Assembly (NCBI GenBank): GCA_024137785.1 | Contig: JAHRHZ010000009.1 | Location: 27,303,874 to 27,367,873, forward strand | Origin: Ginglymostoma cirratum | Lineage: Eukaryota | Length of the DNA stretch: 64,000 nt | Reading direction: 5' to 3' | In this document: positions 63,842 through 64,000 of the stretch, one piece after another | Numbering within the stretch: position 1 is the first letter of the stretch | Layout of the letters: the number at the start of each line of letters is the position of its first letter | The notes under the pieces: model-generated | What the model was told of the DNA's origin: nothing | The model's input: only the letters and a program-made list of their open reading frames with translations | Databases searched by the model: none | Position numbers and translations under genes: made by a program

Positions 63842-63958
63842 ACATAAATAAATAAATAAAAAGTTTTCCTGTTCCTATGATGCTGCTTGACCTGCTGTGT
63901 TCATCCAGCCCCATGCTTGTTATCTCGGATTCTCCAGCATCTGCAGTACCTTTTATCT
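63842..63958 (+). mobile_element. Short Penelope-derived tail insert with 12-bp TSD (no hammerhead core retained)
   Basis: TSD ctgtaaatcaaa at 63830-63841 and 63959-63970. Tail gatgctgcttgacctgctgtgttcatccagc...ccagcatctgcag. Confidence 0.75.
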
Positions 63959-64000
63959 CTGTAAATCAAACTTTGTCCATTGTGTAAGAACTCTACTGTA

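Noticed and set aside
49696-64000. Search for receptor exon 1 (TM1-TM2, MRNGPN/ALGDL/INVYK|gt)
   Set aside because: I found no matching coding stretch by eye or in the ORF track. Exon 1 probably lies beyond the window, and tblastn would confirm this.
1-64000. CRISPR arrays, operons, rRNA genes or other prokaryotic systems
   Set aside because: The sequence is vertebrate genomic DNA with spliceosomal introns. I saw no regular repeat-spacer array and no rRNA.

Overview
Eukaryotic, repeat-rich vertebrate DNA. The repeat families (HE1/V-SINE, Deu-domain SINE, CR1, L2, Penelope-like) point to a shark; a carpet shark is my unconfirmed guess. The only host gene I can support is an endothelin receptor type B-family GPCR on the minus strand. 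Coding exons 2-7 lie at 49695-49583, 49463-49259, 44112-43963, 41655-41522, 39357-39249 and 34587-34435. All five internal introns are GT-AG and in phase. A ~1.65 kb 3' UTR ends near a poly(A) signal at ~32790. I did not find exon 1, which probably lies beyond 64000. The C-terminus looks more like EDNRB2 than EDNRB1, and two ligand-pocket charges are changed (K6.58->M, D7.35->N). The rest is decayed transposable elements: Gypsy LTR relics, CR1/L2/Crack-like LINEs, SINEs, and Harbinger- and hAT-like MITEs. The most striking non-coding signal is more than a dozen short Penelope-derived inserts, many with target-site duplications and inverted 5' segments. They carry minimal type I hammerhead ribozyme motifs (CUGANGA-A-stem II-GAAA) whose stems co-vary between subfamilies. 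Every individual copy here has at least one mutation in the core or in its stems. Repeat family names come from recognition by eye, not a database search, and repeat boundaries are approximate.
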